Shown one piece after another: positions 48,311-57,200 of a stretch of 64,000 nucleotides of DNA. Under the pieces are notes generated by a model. It ran no database searches. It was not told where the DNA came from and saw only the letters and a program-made list of their open reading frames with translations. Source of the stretch: Thermoplasmatota archaeon. Lineage in GTDB: Archaea > Thermoplasmatota > JAKEGO01. Every line of letters starts with the position of its first letter. Positions within the stretch are counted from its first letter, which is position 1. The DNA is taken from the NCBI GenBank assembly GCA_028279595.1, contig JANQNK010000013.1, positions 53,682 to 117,681 on the forward strand. Reading direction: 5' to 3'. Both the position numbers and the translations under genes were made by a program.

Positions 48311-49093
48311 ATTGAGATAAGCGCAACTGGAACCGTACTCCATTCCTTCTACAGGGCATACGCCAACAAGCTCATCAGGGAGGTCAGGAAGGGGCCCATC
48401 CCCGAGCACATAGCGATAATCATGGACGGGAACCGCCGTTTCGCAGAGCGTATCGGCATGAACACCGCACAGGGCCACGCCTTCGGGAAATCCAGGCTCG
48501 AGAAGGTCCTCGAGTGGGCGGAGGAGATCGACGTCAAGATCCTCACGGTCTACGGTTTCTCGACCGAGAACTTCACCCGCACCGAGGAGGAGATCGACGA
48601 GCTCATGGACCTCTTCGAGCGGAGCTTCACGAGCGTCGTCGACGACGAGCGCATCAAGGAGAAGAAGGTCAGGATCACCGCGATCGGCGCTATCGACAGC
48701 CTCCCCGAACGGGTCCAGAAGGCGATCAGGAGTGCGGAGGAGGCCACGAAGGACAACGACAACTTCCGTCTCAACATCGCCATCGCCTACGGCGGACGGG
48801 AGGAGCTGATATCCGCGTTCAAGGCGATCGGGGAGCGGATCGAGAAGGGCGAGATCACGGCCGATTCGATAGACCAGGAGGTCATCGACAACCACCTGTA
48901 CACGCACGGTCTCCCCGATCCAGACCTCGTGCTGAGGACATCGGGTGAGGTGCGCGTCTCGAACTTCCTCCTCTGGCAGCTGGCGTACTCCGAACTCTAC
49001 TTCTCCGACGTCTACTGGCCCGATTTCAGGAGGGTCGACTTCCTTCGGGCAGTGAGGACGTACCAGAAGCGCAAGAGACGATACGGGAAGTGA
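48311..49093 (+). CDS. uppS: cis-prenyltransferase (polyprenyl diphosphate synthase)
   Basis: PEHIAIIMDGNRR, FSTENF.R, YGGR.E, RTSGE.R.SNFL.WQ..Y, RRYG; the first motif begins upstream of the first ATG, so the start is probably ATT 48311 or ATA 48317. Confidence 0.92.
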   Translation: MEISATGTVLHSFYRAYANKLIREVRKGPIPEHIAIIMDGNRRFAERIGMNTAQGHAFGKSRLEKVLEWAEEIDVKILTVYGFSTENFTRTEEEIDELMDLFERSFTSVVDDERIKEKKVRITAIGAIDSLPERVQKAIRSAEEATKDNDNFRLNIAIAYGGREELISAFKAIGERIEKGEITADSIDQEVIDNHLYTHGLPDPDLVLRTSGEVRVSNFLLWQLAYSELYFSDVYWPDFRRVDFLRAVRTYQKRKRRYGK

Positions 49094-49151
49094 ACTCCCG
49101 TACGGAACCTTCTACATATCCGACTAATACCATTCTATCCTAGACATCGAT

Positions 49152-49838
49152 ATGTGCGGACTCTTCGTGCGCGAGCTCCCCGCTCCGGAACGGCCACGGG
49201 AGCGTCTTGTGACATCTGGGGCTGCTAGTCTCAGCGACAGGGAGTTACTAGCGATCATTCTCCTCTCTGGAGGGGCGGACGAATCGGTACTCTCCCTTTC
49301 TGGACGCCTGCTTTCGAACTTCGACGGACGGCTCCGAAGGTTGTTCAATGCAGACGTCCAGGAACTGCTCTCTGTCGACGGTATTGGGATGGCGAAGGCT
49401 TGTCAGCTGAAGGCGGTCGGGGAGTTGGCACGTCGGCTCGACGTGACAGAGGTAACTGATACTATCGTCTCTCCGAGGGACGCCGCCATGCGCCTGATGC
49501 CCCGGATGAGAGACCTCGACCGGGAACGCCTCGTCGTGCTGCCACTGGACGTCAAGAACCACCTGATCGACGGATCGGAGATCGTCGTCTCGGTCGGATC
49601 CCTCGACGGAAGCCCTGTGCGACCAAGGGACGTGTTCAGGATCGCTCTCCTGAAGAACGCCGCCTCGATAATCCTCGGACACAACCATCCCTCCGGTGAT
49701 CCGGAGCCTAGCGGTTCCGACGTCGCCGTCAGCCGGAGGATAGCATCGGTCGGTGACGAACTCGGTATCCAGCTCCTCGACCACCTAGTAATCGGGGACG
49801 GCCGCTACGTCAGCCTCAAGGACAGAGGTCTCTTCTGA
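49152..49838 (+). CDS. radC: RadC-family JAB domain protein
   Basis: RPRERL...LS..ELLAI, HhH GIG.AK, HNHPSG...PS..D, LLDH. Confidence 0.92.
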   Translation: MCGLFVRELPAPERPRERLVTSGAASLSDRELLAIILLSGGADESVLSLSGRLLSNFDGRLRRLFNADVQELLSVDGIGMAKACQLKAVGELARRLDVTEVTDTIVSPRDAAMRLMPRMRDLDRERLVVLPLDVKNHLIDGSEIVVSVGSLDGSPVRPRDVFRIALLKNAASIILGHNHPSGDPEPSGSDVAVSRRIASVGDELGIQLLDHLVIGDGRYVSLKDRGLF

Positions 49839-49887
49839 CAGTCTCAAAAGGTTTTTCTACGGGCTTGGGAATTGCCGTTTCCACCGT

Positions 49888-49958
49888 GCTGAGGTGTCAG
49901 AGAGGCTATGAGCCCGGCTGCAGACCGGCTTACGGGGGTTCAAATCCCCCCCTCAGCT
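49888..49958 (+). tRNA. tRNA-Cys(GCA), CCA not encoded
   Basis: GCTGAGG...CCGG-CT-GCA-GA-CCGG...GGGGG-TTCAAAT-CCCCC-CCTCAGC-T (U73). Confidence 0.93.
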
Positions 49959-49977
49959 CTTATTATCCTCTCATTAA

Positions 49978-50237
49978 CGAGGGGGGATTGTCGAACCCCG
50001 GAATGGGCGGGGTGTTTACGAATGATGTAAGCGAGTGTAAGCCATTCGTAAACCCGAACGATACATAGTATCGTTACGGTCAAATCCCCCCCTCAGCTCC
50101 AATTTTCTTAGAATTATCGAGGGGGATCCCGAACCCCTGAATGGGCGGGGTGTTCGTGATTGATGTCATTATCCTGCAGATCAATCGCGAACCCGGATGA
50201 CTCGCAGCGTCATCAAGGTAAAAAACCCCCCTCAGCT
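49978..50237 (+). repeat. Two tandem tRNA-Cys-associated structured elements (49978-50101, 50118-50237)
   Basis: Each ends in a copy of the tRNA-Cys 3' end (...CCCCCCTCAGCT); 140-nt period; see findings. Confidence 0.88.
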
Positions 50238-50304
50238 CTTCTTCCTTTCCGACCAGACCCAAAATTTCTAGTAGTCCCTCCCAAATCAATTTTTCGGACC
50301 TTCA

Positions 50305-50775
50305 ATGAACTCGAGGAACACGTCAGATAATCGAAGGAGAATAAGAAATCCCGATGCAGAACGAAGATGGAGAACTACTGGAAGGCGGAAATTGTCAAAG
50401 GATATTTACTGGGGAATGCTGATCCTTTCGATCACTGTCATCTTATTGGCAGTCATCATCTCCTTTTATGATCCCCATGAGGAAGAACATGATCCATTGA
50501 ACATTTCAGTTTTTAATCGGTCGAATAGTAATATCGAATATAACCTAACAGTCAACAACTCCAAAGATGAAACAATCTTTCAAATAAACGATTCCTTAGA
50601 GAGAGGTGGTGCCGATTATTATCAGGATTTGACAAAGAAACGCGGTAAATACAATGTGACCATTCGATTAGACGACAATCGAACATATTCGAAAGAGGTT
50701 AAGGTCGGATCACCAATCACAGGGATTTTCATCATAATTTATAATGACAACATTTTAGTTGAGCAAATTGTATGA
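50305..50775 (+). CDS. AT-rich single-TM hypothetical protein with Ig-like C-domain
   Basis: Basic N-terminus, TM, beta-rich domain with NxS/T sequons; low GC. Confidence 0.65.
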   Translation: MNSRNTSDNRRRIRNPDAERRWRTTGRRKLSKDIYWGMLILSITVILLAVIISFYDPHEEEHDPLNISVFNRSNSNIEYNLTVNNSKDETIFQINDSLERGGADYYQDLTKKRGKYNVTIRLDDNRTYSKEVKVGSPITGIFIIIYNDNILVEQIV

Positions 50776-50837
50776 TTACCTACAATTCACTCTTTACATG
50801 CTGGAAAACTATTTATCGGCCAGACATATGTAACCGC

Positions 50838-51719
50838 ATGGAACACGTCATAGGCGTCATAGGTGCGGGCCACATGGGCAAGCGCCACGTGCGGGTATCT
50901 CACACACTGGGGGTCCTCGGACCCGTGTTCGACACGGATCCGGCAGCGAAGGCCGTCGCAGAACAGTACAACGCCGAGTTCTTCACGGATTTCAAGGCGT
51001 TCGACGACCACCTCGATGCCGTGATCATCTCGACACCGCCGCAGAGCCACTTCCCCCTGGCGATGATGGCCATCGAGAAGGGCATGTCGGTCCTCGTGGA
51101 GAAACCCATCACGATAGACCCTGCTGAAGGGGAAAGGCTCGTCGACGCGGCAAAGGATGCAGATGTATCCCTGGCCGTCGGACATGTCGAGCGATTCAAT
51201 CCCGCTTACATGATGCTCAGGGAGAGGATAGAGACCCCTGATTACGTGCTAACTGACCGCCATTCTCCAAGACCGGACCGCATACTTGGTCCAGCACTGT
51301 ACGACATCGGCGTCCACGACATCGACCTGTCCATCGACCTGATCGGCTCCGACCCTGTCTCGATGCACTCCACGATGTCCGAGAACGGCGAGATGGGCCT
51401 GCTGAGGTTCCAGTTCGAGGACGGAGCGTCGACTGTCCGGTTCAACAGGACCTCCATGGTCAAGGTCCGAGAGGTCACTGTCACGAAGGGCAACGACGTC
51501 CTTACCGCGGACATAATGCACCAGGGCGTCTACAGCCCCGACGGGGCGTTCGAGAAGGCCGAGAACGTCATGGAGCCGATAGAGGCCGAGATACGGGATT
51601 TCCTGGACACCATGGAGCACAGGAAGCCCACTGTCTGCGGCGACGTGGGCCTGAGGGCGGTCCGACTGGCGCATCTGGCCGAGAACCGCTCCGGGGACGG
51701 ATGGATAGACCTGGACTGA
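50838..51719 (+). CDS. Gfo/Idh/MocA oxidoreductase
   Basis: IGAGHMG..H, VEKP, GHVERFNP, D.GVHDID. Confidence 0.92.
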   Translation: MEHVIGVIGAGHMGKRHVRVSHTLGVLGPVFDTDPAAKAVAEQYNAEFFTDFKAFDDHLDAVIISTPPQSHFPLAMMAIEKGMSVLVEKPITIDPAEGERLVDAAKDADVSLAVGHVERFNPAYMMLRERIETPDYVLTDRHSPRPDRILGPALYDIGVHDIDLSIDLIGSDPVSMHSTMSENGEMGLLRFQFEDGASTVRFNRTSMVKVREVTVTKGNDVLTADIMHQGVYSPDGAFEKAENVMEPIEAEIRDFLDTMEHRKPTVCGDVGLRAVRLAHLAENRSGDGWIDLD

Positions 51720-51764
51720 GCGTTTCCGTTACCTTATAATACACGTTCAGCATTGGGTGGTACC

Positions 51765-51983
51765 ATGGGGTTCGAAGACCTGACCGAGTTAGACAGGCGA
51801 GTGTACGAGTACGTCAAGAAGTACGACTTCGAGACATACAAGTGGTCGACCCCTGCGGCCGCCCGTGAACTGGGTGCCACGGAGCAGGAGGTCTATCAGG
51901 CCCTCTGCAACCTCGCCAAGCACGTCCGGGACAATATCTGGATACATTACAAGGACGGCGGGATCCGGATCTCGGCAGAATAG
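51765..51983 (+). CDS. Small HTH-like hypothetical protein
   Basis: GGGTGGT SD + ATG; WSTPAAARELG...VYQAL; TTATAA upstream. Confidence 0.7.
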   Translation: MGFEDLTELDRRVYEYVKKYDFETYKWSTPAAARELGATEQEVYQALCNLAKHVRDNIWIHYKDGGIRISAE

Positions 51984-52059
51984 CGGGGTAGGGTAGCCAG
52001 GAAATCCCGACGGGCTCATAACCCGTAGATCAGTGGTTCAAATCCACTCCCCGCTACCA
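51982..52059 (+). tRNA. Initiator tRNA-Met(CAT), CCA encoded
   Basis: A1:U72, anticodon stem ACGGG/CCCGT with three G:C pairs, CT-CAT-AA loop, AGTGG-TTCAAAT-CCACT. Confidence 0.95.
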
Positions 52060-52077
52060 TCATTTTTTCTTAATAAT

Positions 52078-54234
52078 TCACTGCTTCTTGACGATCACCC
52101 TGCGGGTGCGTTCCAGTGCGTCCAGAGCCCTCTGTGCGTCCGTCAGTCCGGGGTCGTTGCTGAGGGCATGGACGAACATCTCGCGAGCGCCTGCCCTGTC
52201 ACCCTTCGATATCAGTAGCAGTCCGAGGTTGTAATGGGCCCTCGACAGGGTCGGGTTGAGCTGCAGTGACTTCTCAAGGCAGCTGATGGCCTCCTCGGGG
52301 TTCGCCGATGCCATCATGGTTCCCCTGTCGTACCATTTGATGGCCATCCGTGTCTTGTCGGCCGTCCGGACCCCCACGACCTCCTTCCTCTTCGTTGGGA
52401 ACATCTTCCGCCGATGGTAGCCGTAGGCGGCCGCTGCGATGACGAGGATACCAAGCACGAGCACCGATCCACCGACGATCGTCAACAGGTCCGGAGGTTC
52501 GTCCACCTCGTCGGTGACCGTTACCTCTCCCGTCACTGACTGCATCAGTCCATCCTCGTTCCTTACTATAAGGCGCACGACATACGTTCCCGGCCTCGAG
52601 TATTCGTGCTCGATCGTCGGGTCCTCCGTCCATCCGGAGTCGGTCCCGTCGCCGAAATCGATCATATACGTCATCCCGACCCCTTCGGACGCCGAGGCAT
52701 CGAAGGTGGTCCGGGCCCCGGTGTCGATCCTGCTGTCGAAATCGAGGTCTGGGTAGAGAAGGATAGTGGTCAGACTGAACGCCGTCCCGTAGATCTTCGT
52801 GTAGACCCTGATCTCCTCGTCCTCCACCTCATCCTCGGTGTAGACGGATGCGGTCGCGAAGCCATTCAAGACCGGAACGTTGATGCTGAGGACCGGTTTA
52901 TCCCTGGAGAACGAGACGCCGTGGTCCGACGGACTGGTGATTATGAAGAGGACCGTCCCGCCCAGTGCTGGCTGGCCGATCAGGTCCGTCACGGATACCG
53001 TCAGGTTGTTCGGCCTGCGGACAAGGCCGTTGATGATGGGCCCGTTGATCGGGATGAGGCCGTAGGGTACTCCCTCGCCCTCGAGGAACGAGACGATCCC
53101 GGGCTCGTCCGGCCTGAACTCGCTCTCGTAGTCCCACTCGTCCGTACTGATCGTGATGATGTGCTCGGCCTCGTGTACGGTGCTCGACTCGTTGAAGTAC
53201 GCGACCGGAACGGATATCAGCGGCGTAAGCCCGTCCGCTCCCGTGACCGCCGAGCCCCTGTCGCAATTGTAGTTCTGAGGATCGCACGAGGTGAGGTTCA
53301 CAACGGCTCCCTCGACCGGATCGCGGTACTCGGGATCCGTCACGACCTCTATCTGGACCATGAACGACACGTTGACCCAGGAGTCGACGAGAACCGTCAT
53401 CTCCGACGATTGGGGGGCGAGGTTGACTATGTTCGCCCTGCTCCTCTCCACCCAGAACAGCGTGGAATTGGATTCGAGGGTAGCATTGTAGACCCATACG
53501 TCGCCGGATGACACGATCTTGATGCACTCGCCGAACGAGATGATGTCGGGGGAATGGAGTCTGACCGTTCCGTTGCAGTCCGTGATTATCACGGCCGGCT
53601 CGCCGGAGCCGTCGGTGGTCGACACGTTCCACACGTCGATATCCCCGGAATCGAACACCTGAAGGAGGCTGAAATCGAGGTCATTTCCCCGAAGGCCGTC
53701 GATCGTCGCGGACTCCGTGCCGTTCAGGATCAGGCCCCAGTAGGTGTGCGTGAGGTGGACGTCGGAGATGTCGATGTCCGCACCGTCGCAATAGACGCCG
53801 AGATAGGAGTTCGGGTTCGAAGCTCCAGTGACCCTTGTGCCAACGTGGTCGAGCCTGACGCCCCTCAGCACCACCGTGCTGCCCGATTTGGCGTAGAACC
53901 TCATCCTCGACGACTCCACCGATGCACTGAAGACCGTCCTGTCGTAGCCGGTGTCCGGATCGCCATCGACGTCGGTCGCCGTGAGCCTACCCCCCTCGTT
54001 CACGATGACCCCCAGGGGCTCGTCCAGAGGGGAGTTGAAGTAGACCGTCGTGTTGATCAATGTCAGATTGCCCGTCGAATTGATCCTGAGGTTCCCTGAG
54101 AGCGTGATGGTGCGGTTCTCGATGATGGTGTCATCCTCGATGGTCCAGGCTCCCTTGTCCGGGGGCTCGGTATGTCCCGCGACCGCGGGAACGAGCAGCA
54201 GTACCAGTGCGAGAACGATCAGTGCCTTGATCAC
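52078..54234 (-). CDS. Single-pass membrane protein: beta-helix, Ig/PKD ectodomain, cytoplasmic TPR repeats
   Basis: Signal peptide, DFGDG PKD, TM, then EAISCLEKSLQLNP...AHYNLG TPRs. Confidence 0.85.
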   Translation of the reverse strand: MIKALIVLALVLLLVPAVAGHTEPPDKGAWTIEDDTIIENRTITLSGNLRINSTGNLTLINTTVYFNSPLDEPLGVIVNEGGRLTATDVDGDPDTGYDRTVFSASVESSRMRFYAKSGSTVVLRGVRLDHVGTRVTGASNPNSYLGVYCDGADIDISDVHLTHTYWGLILNGTESATIDGLRGNDLDFSLLQVFDSGDIDVWNVSTTDGSGEPAVIITDCNGTVRLHSPDIISFGECIKIVSSGDVWVYNATLESNSTLFWVERSRANIVNLAPQSSEMTVLVDSWVNVSFMVQIEVVTDPEYRDPVEGAVVNLTSCDPQNYNCDRGSAVTGADGLTPLISVPVAYFNESSTVHEAEHIITISTDEWDYESEFRPDEPGIVSFLEGEGVPYGLIPINGPIINGLVRRPNNLTVSVTDLIGQPALGGTVLFIITSPSDHGVSFSRDKPVLSINVPVLNGFATASVYTEDEVEDEEIRVYTKIYGTAFSLTTILLYPDLDFDSRIDTGARTTFDASASEGVGMTYMIDFGDGTDSGWTEDPTIEHEYSRPGTYVVRLIVRNEDGLMQSVTGEVTVTDEVDEPPDLLTIVGGSVLVLGILVIAAAAYGYHRRKMFPTKRKEVVGVRTADKTRMAIKWYDRGTMMASANPEEAISCLEKSLQLNPTLSRAHYNLGLLLISKGDRAGAREMFVHALSNDPGLTDAQRALDALERTRRVIVKKQ

Positions 54235-57200
54235 TTCTTGCCTCCATTCTTCGACTTGCTCGCCGGAGGTTCCTTGGCGGGCTCCGGCTTCTTGGGCTGT
54301 TCCTTCGAGAAGAACGAGCTCTTCTTGCCCTCCTTCTCGTCACCCTTCTTGTGCTTCTCGAGCCCGATGATCAGGTCCTCCAGTGTCTCACCGCCCTTCT
54401 TCGGGGCCGCTGCTGCTGGCTTCTCCTTCTCGGGCTCCTCCGGCATCAGTTCGAACTCCTCGCTGTCATCGAAGTCGACGTCCTTCTTCGCCCTCTTGAT
54501 GCGCGGTTTCCTGTCCATGAGTCCCTTCCCCAGGTCGGGCACCATGACCTTGATCGCGAGGATCACTATTATGATGATGAGAACGAACAGCGGGATGATG
54601 AACTGGGTCGCATCGGTCTTGTCACCCTCCTCCTGCTGGATGACGACCTCCGGTTCCTGGACCCTCACGTTCTCGGTCACCGGGTTCGAGATCAGTCCCG
54701 TGTTCGTCATGACCTGCAGGCTCGGCATGAACATACCGGCCTTGTACGAGTGAGTGAAGTACGTGTCCGTGGTCCATCCGGTGTTGGACCCGTCGCCGAA
54801 GTCCAGGAAGTACTGGGCTCCGTTGAGGTCGGTGTCCACGACGAAGACGACGTCGTCACCGATGTAGATGATCCCGGACGTGGAGATCACAAGGTCGAAC
54901 TCGATGTCCTCGGCGACCAGGTCGAATGTCACGTTCTTGATGTCGTCGAGCTTGAGGTAGGCGATGATGGTGAGGTTCGATGCGGTCGAAGGGAGTGTGA
55001 CGTTGCACCTTACGGACCCGTTCACGTCGCTGAGCCCCTCCTTCGGAGATATCTTTGCGTCCGTGCTGTTCGGGGAGATGATCTCCCAGGCGACCGCGAT
55101 GCCCTCCATTTCGCCCGACTTGTCATCCTGGACGACGACCTCGAGCTGTTTCTTCAGCTTCGTTCCGATGAGTCCGGTCTGGTCCCGGCCATCGACGTAC
55201 TTGATGGTCTGGAACGTCGCCATCCCGTACGTGTAGGTCTCGGTGTGGCTGACGTTCATGTTGACACCGTAGTCCTTCATGAACCATCCCGGCATCTTGA
55301 GCTCGACGCCCGTCGTGAAGAATGTCACGCCGGAAGCGGTGTAGGTGGCACTGCGGGCCAGGACCTCGTCCGTGTAACCGCTCTTTCCGGTAGTCGAGTT
55401 CGTACCATTGAAGTAGGGGGTCGCATAGATGTCACCACCGCCGCCGTCATCCCATATCCTGACCTCGCCGGTTCCCATGCCGTATCCCGTGGATTGGCTG
55501 ATTATCCTGACACGGAGGTAATTGCGTACCTCGACCGAGGTGTCCTCTAGGTCCCATGTGTCGAAGGACGTGTCAGTGACGACCACAACGCCCGCGTCGA
55601 ACATGGAGAGATCGAGGTCGTTGTCGGCGAATTCCAGACCGACAATGTGGGGCATGACGGCTGACGTCACGTCTATGGCCACATCGCAGCCCGTGATGGA
55701 GTTGTAGCGGAATGTCTTGACCTCCCCGCCCCTGATATCGACACCCGCCCCACTGTCCACGAGGTCGGTGTTGAGCATCTTCAGGGTCCCTCCCGAGACC
55801 AGGAGTCCGTCCTCAGCTCCCGACAGGGTGCACCTGTCGAGGTCGAGAGCGGTCTTTGTTGCATCCACCGCTGTACCGTCTGCCGACAGGTTCACGTTCC
55901 TGAGTATGAGGCTGCCTCCATCGGATACCATGCAGGCGATGAGCCCACTTGCCGCGATGTTGCGTCCGTAGACGGATGAATCCTCTGTCTCGATTCCCGT
56001 TATCCCGTCCGATAGCAGGGAAACTTGGATGAGGGACGCCGTGGAGTTCGTGATCATCATGTCCGTCTCGAGGCTCAGCAGAGTGATGTTCATGACGCCG
56101 GCCGTCGAGTTGAGGAAACCGAGGCCGACTCTGTTATCCTTCAGGATCGTCGCAGTTATGTTGATGTCCGAGAAAGAGAGCTGGATCCCCTCGCTGTTGT
56201 TGTTGAGGTCTGCGTTCGACACCTGGAGGTAGGATCCGTCCGCAGCACCCAGACCGAGGCCGCTTTCCGATACCGTCAGGTCCGACAAGGTCGCGAGCGA
56301 ACCCTCGAACCAGAGGCCGGAAGAGGAATGGTCGCTGACGGTGATCGATGAACCTGTCATCTCTGTTTCATCACCCGATATCCCTGTATTCCCGCCACCG
56401 AGGTAAGCGTCGAGTATGGTCAGCGTCGACATGTACGAGTAGATCCCGATGTCACATCCGTTCAGCATGACGTCCTCTATCGTTGCTCCCGTATCGTCGG
56501 TGGATATCCCCCGGTAACCGGCGTTGGATACCGTGGAATCCCTGACGAGAACTGGCCCGCCACCTGAAATGTGGATGCCGCCGTCGTAGCGGTCTATGGT
56601 TACCTCGGCTATCGTGACGTTCACCGAATCGATGACATGGAATGCTATGTCGCCGCTGATGGGTGCCCCGATGGGTGAAGTGCTCGTATAGACCGCAGTG
56701 ATGTCCTTGAGTTTGATCTCAGTCGTCCCGTCCAGCTCGATACCGGAGTCGACGTTCTCGATCCTGGTGTCAGCGACGATGGAGGAGTTGACACCCTCGA
56801 ATCTGAGCAGATTCGATCCGCCAGTCCGGGAGGACCCGTTCACGGACACGAAGCTGGAGTCCTTGATGAGGAACCCATCGCCGGTGCCCTCGATAGTGGA
56901 GTCGTGCAGCATGAGCCCGTTGGCCTGTGATGCGATGAGCGCCATTCCGTTGGAGTCGAACTCGCACCTGCTGATCAGCACGTCCTCTCCGCCGTCGAGG
57001 TCGATACCGTAATCGCAGCCACTGAACGTCGCCATCTCGATGATGGTCATGTCCGGGTCGTCGAGTTCGAGGCCCACACCGCAGGATTCGAACACGGGTG
57101 CATCATTGACGGCGGTGGAGAGTCCGGACCCGCCTATCGAGACGACGCCCACGTCACAGCCGACAAGCTCTATTGAGCCAAGCTCCGTGTCCGTACATTG

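Noticed and set aside
49978-50237. Repeats as CRISPR array, extra tRNA genes or intron-containing tRNAs
   Set aside because: No identical 25-40 nt repeats or cas genes. The copies lack D and anticodon arms and the 5' acceptor strand, and no clear bulge-helix-bulge was seen.
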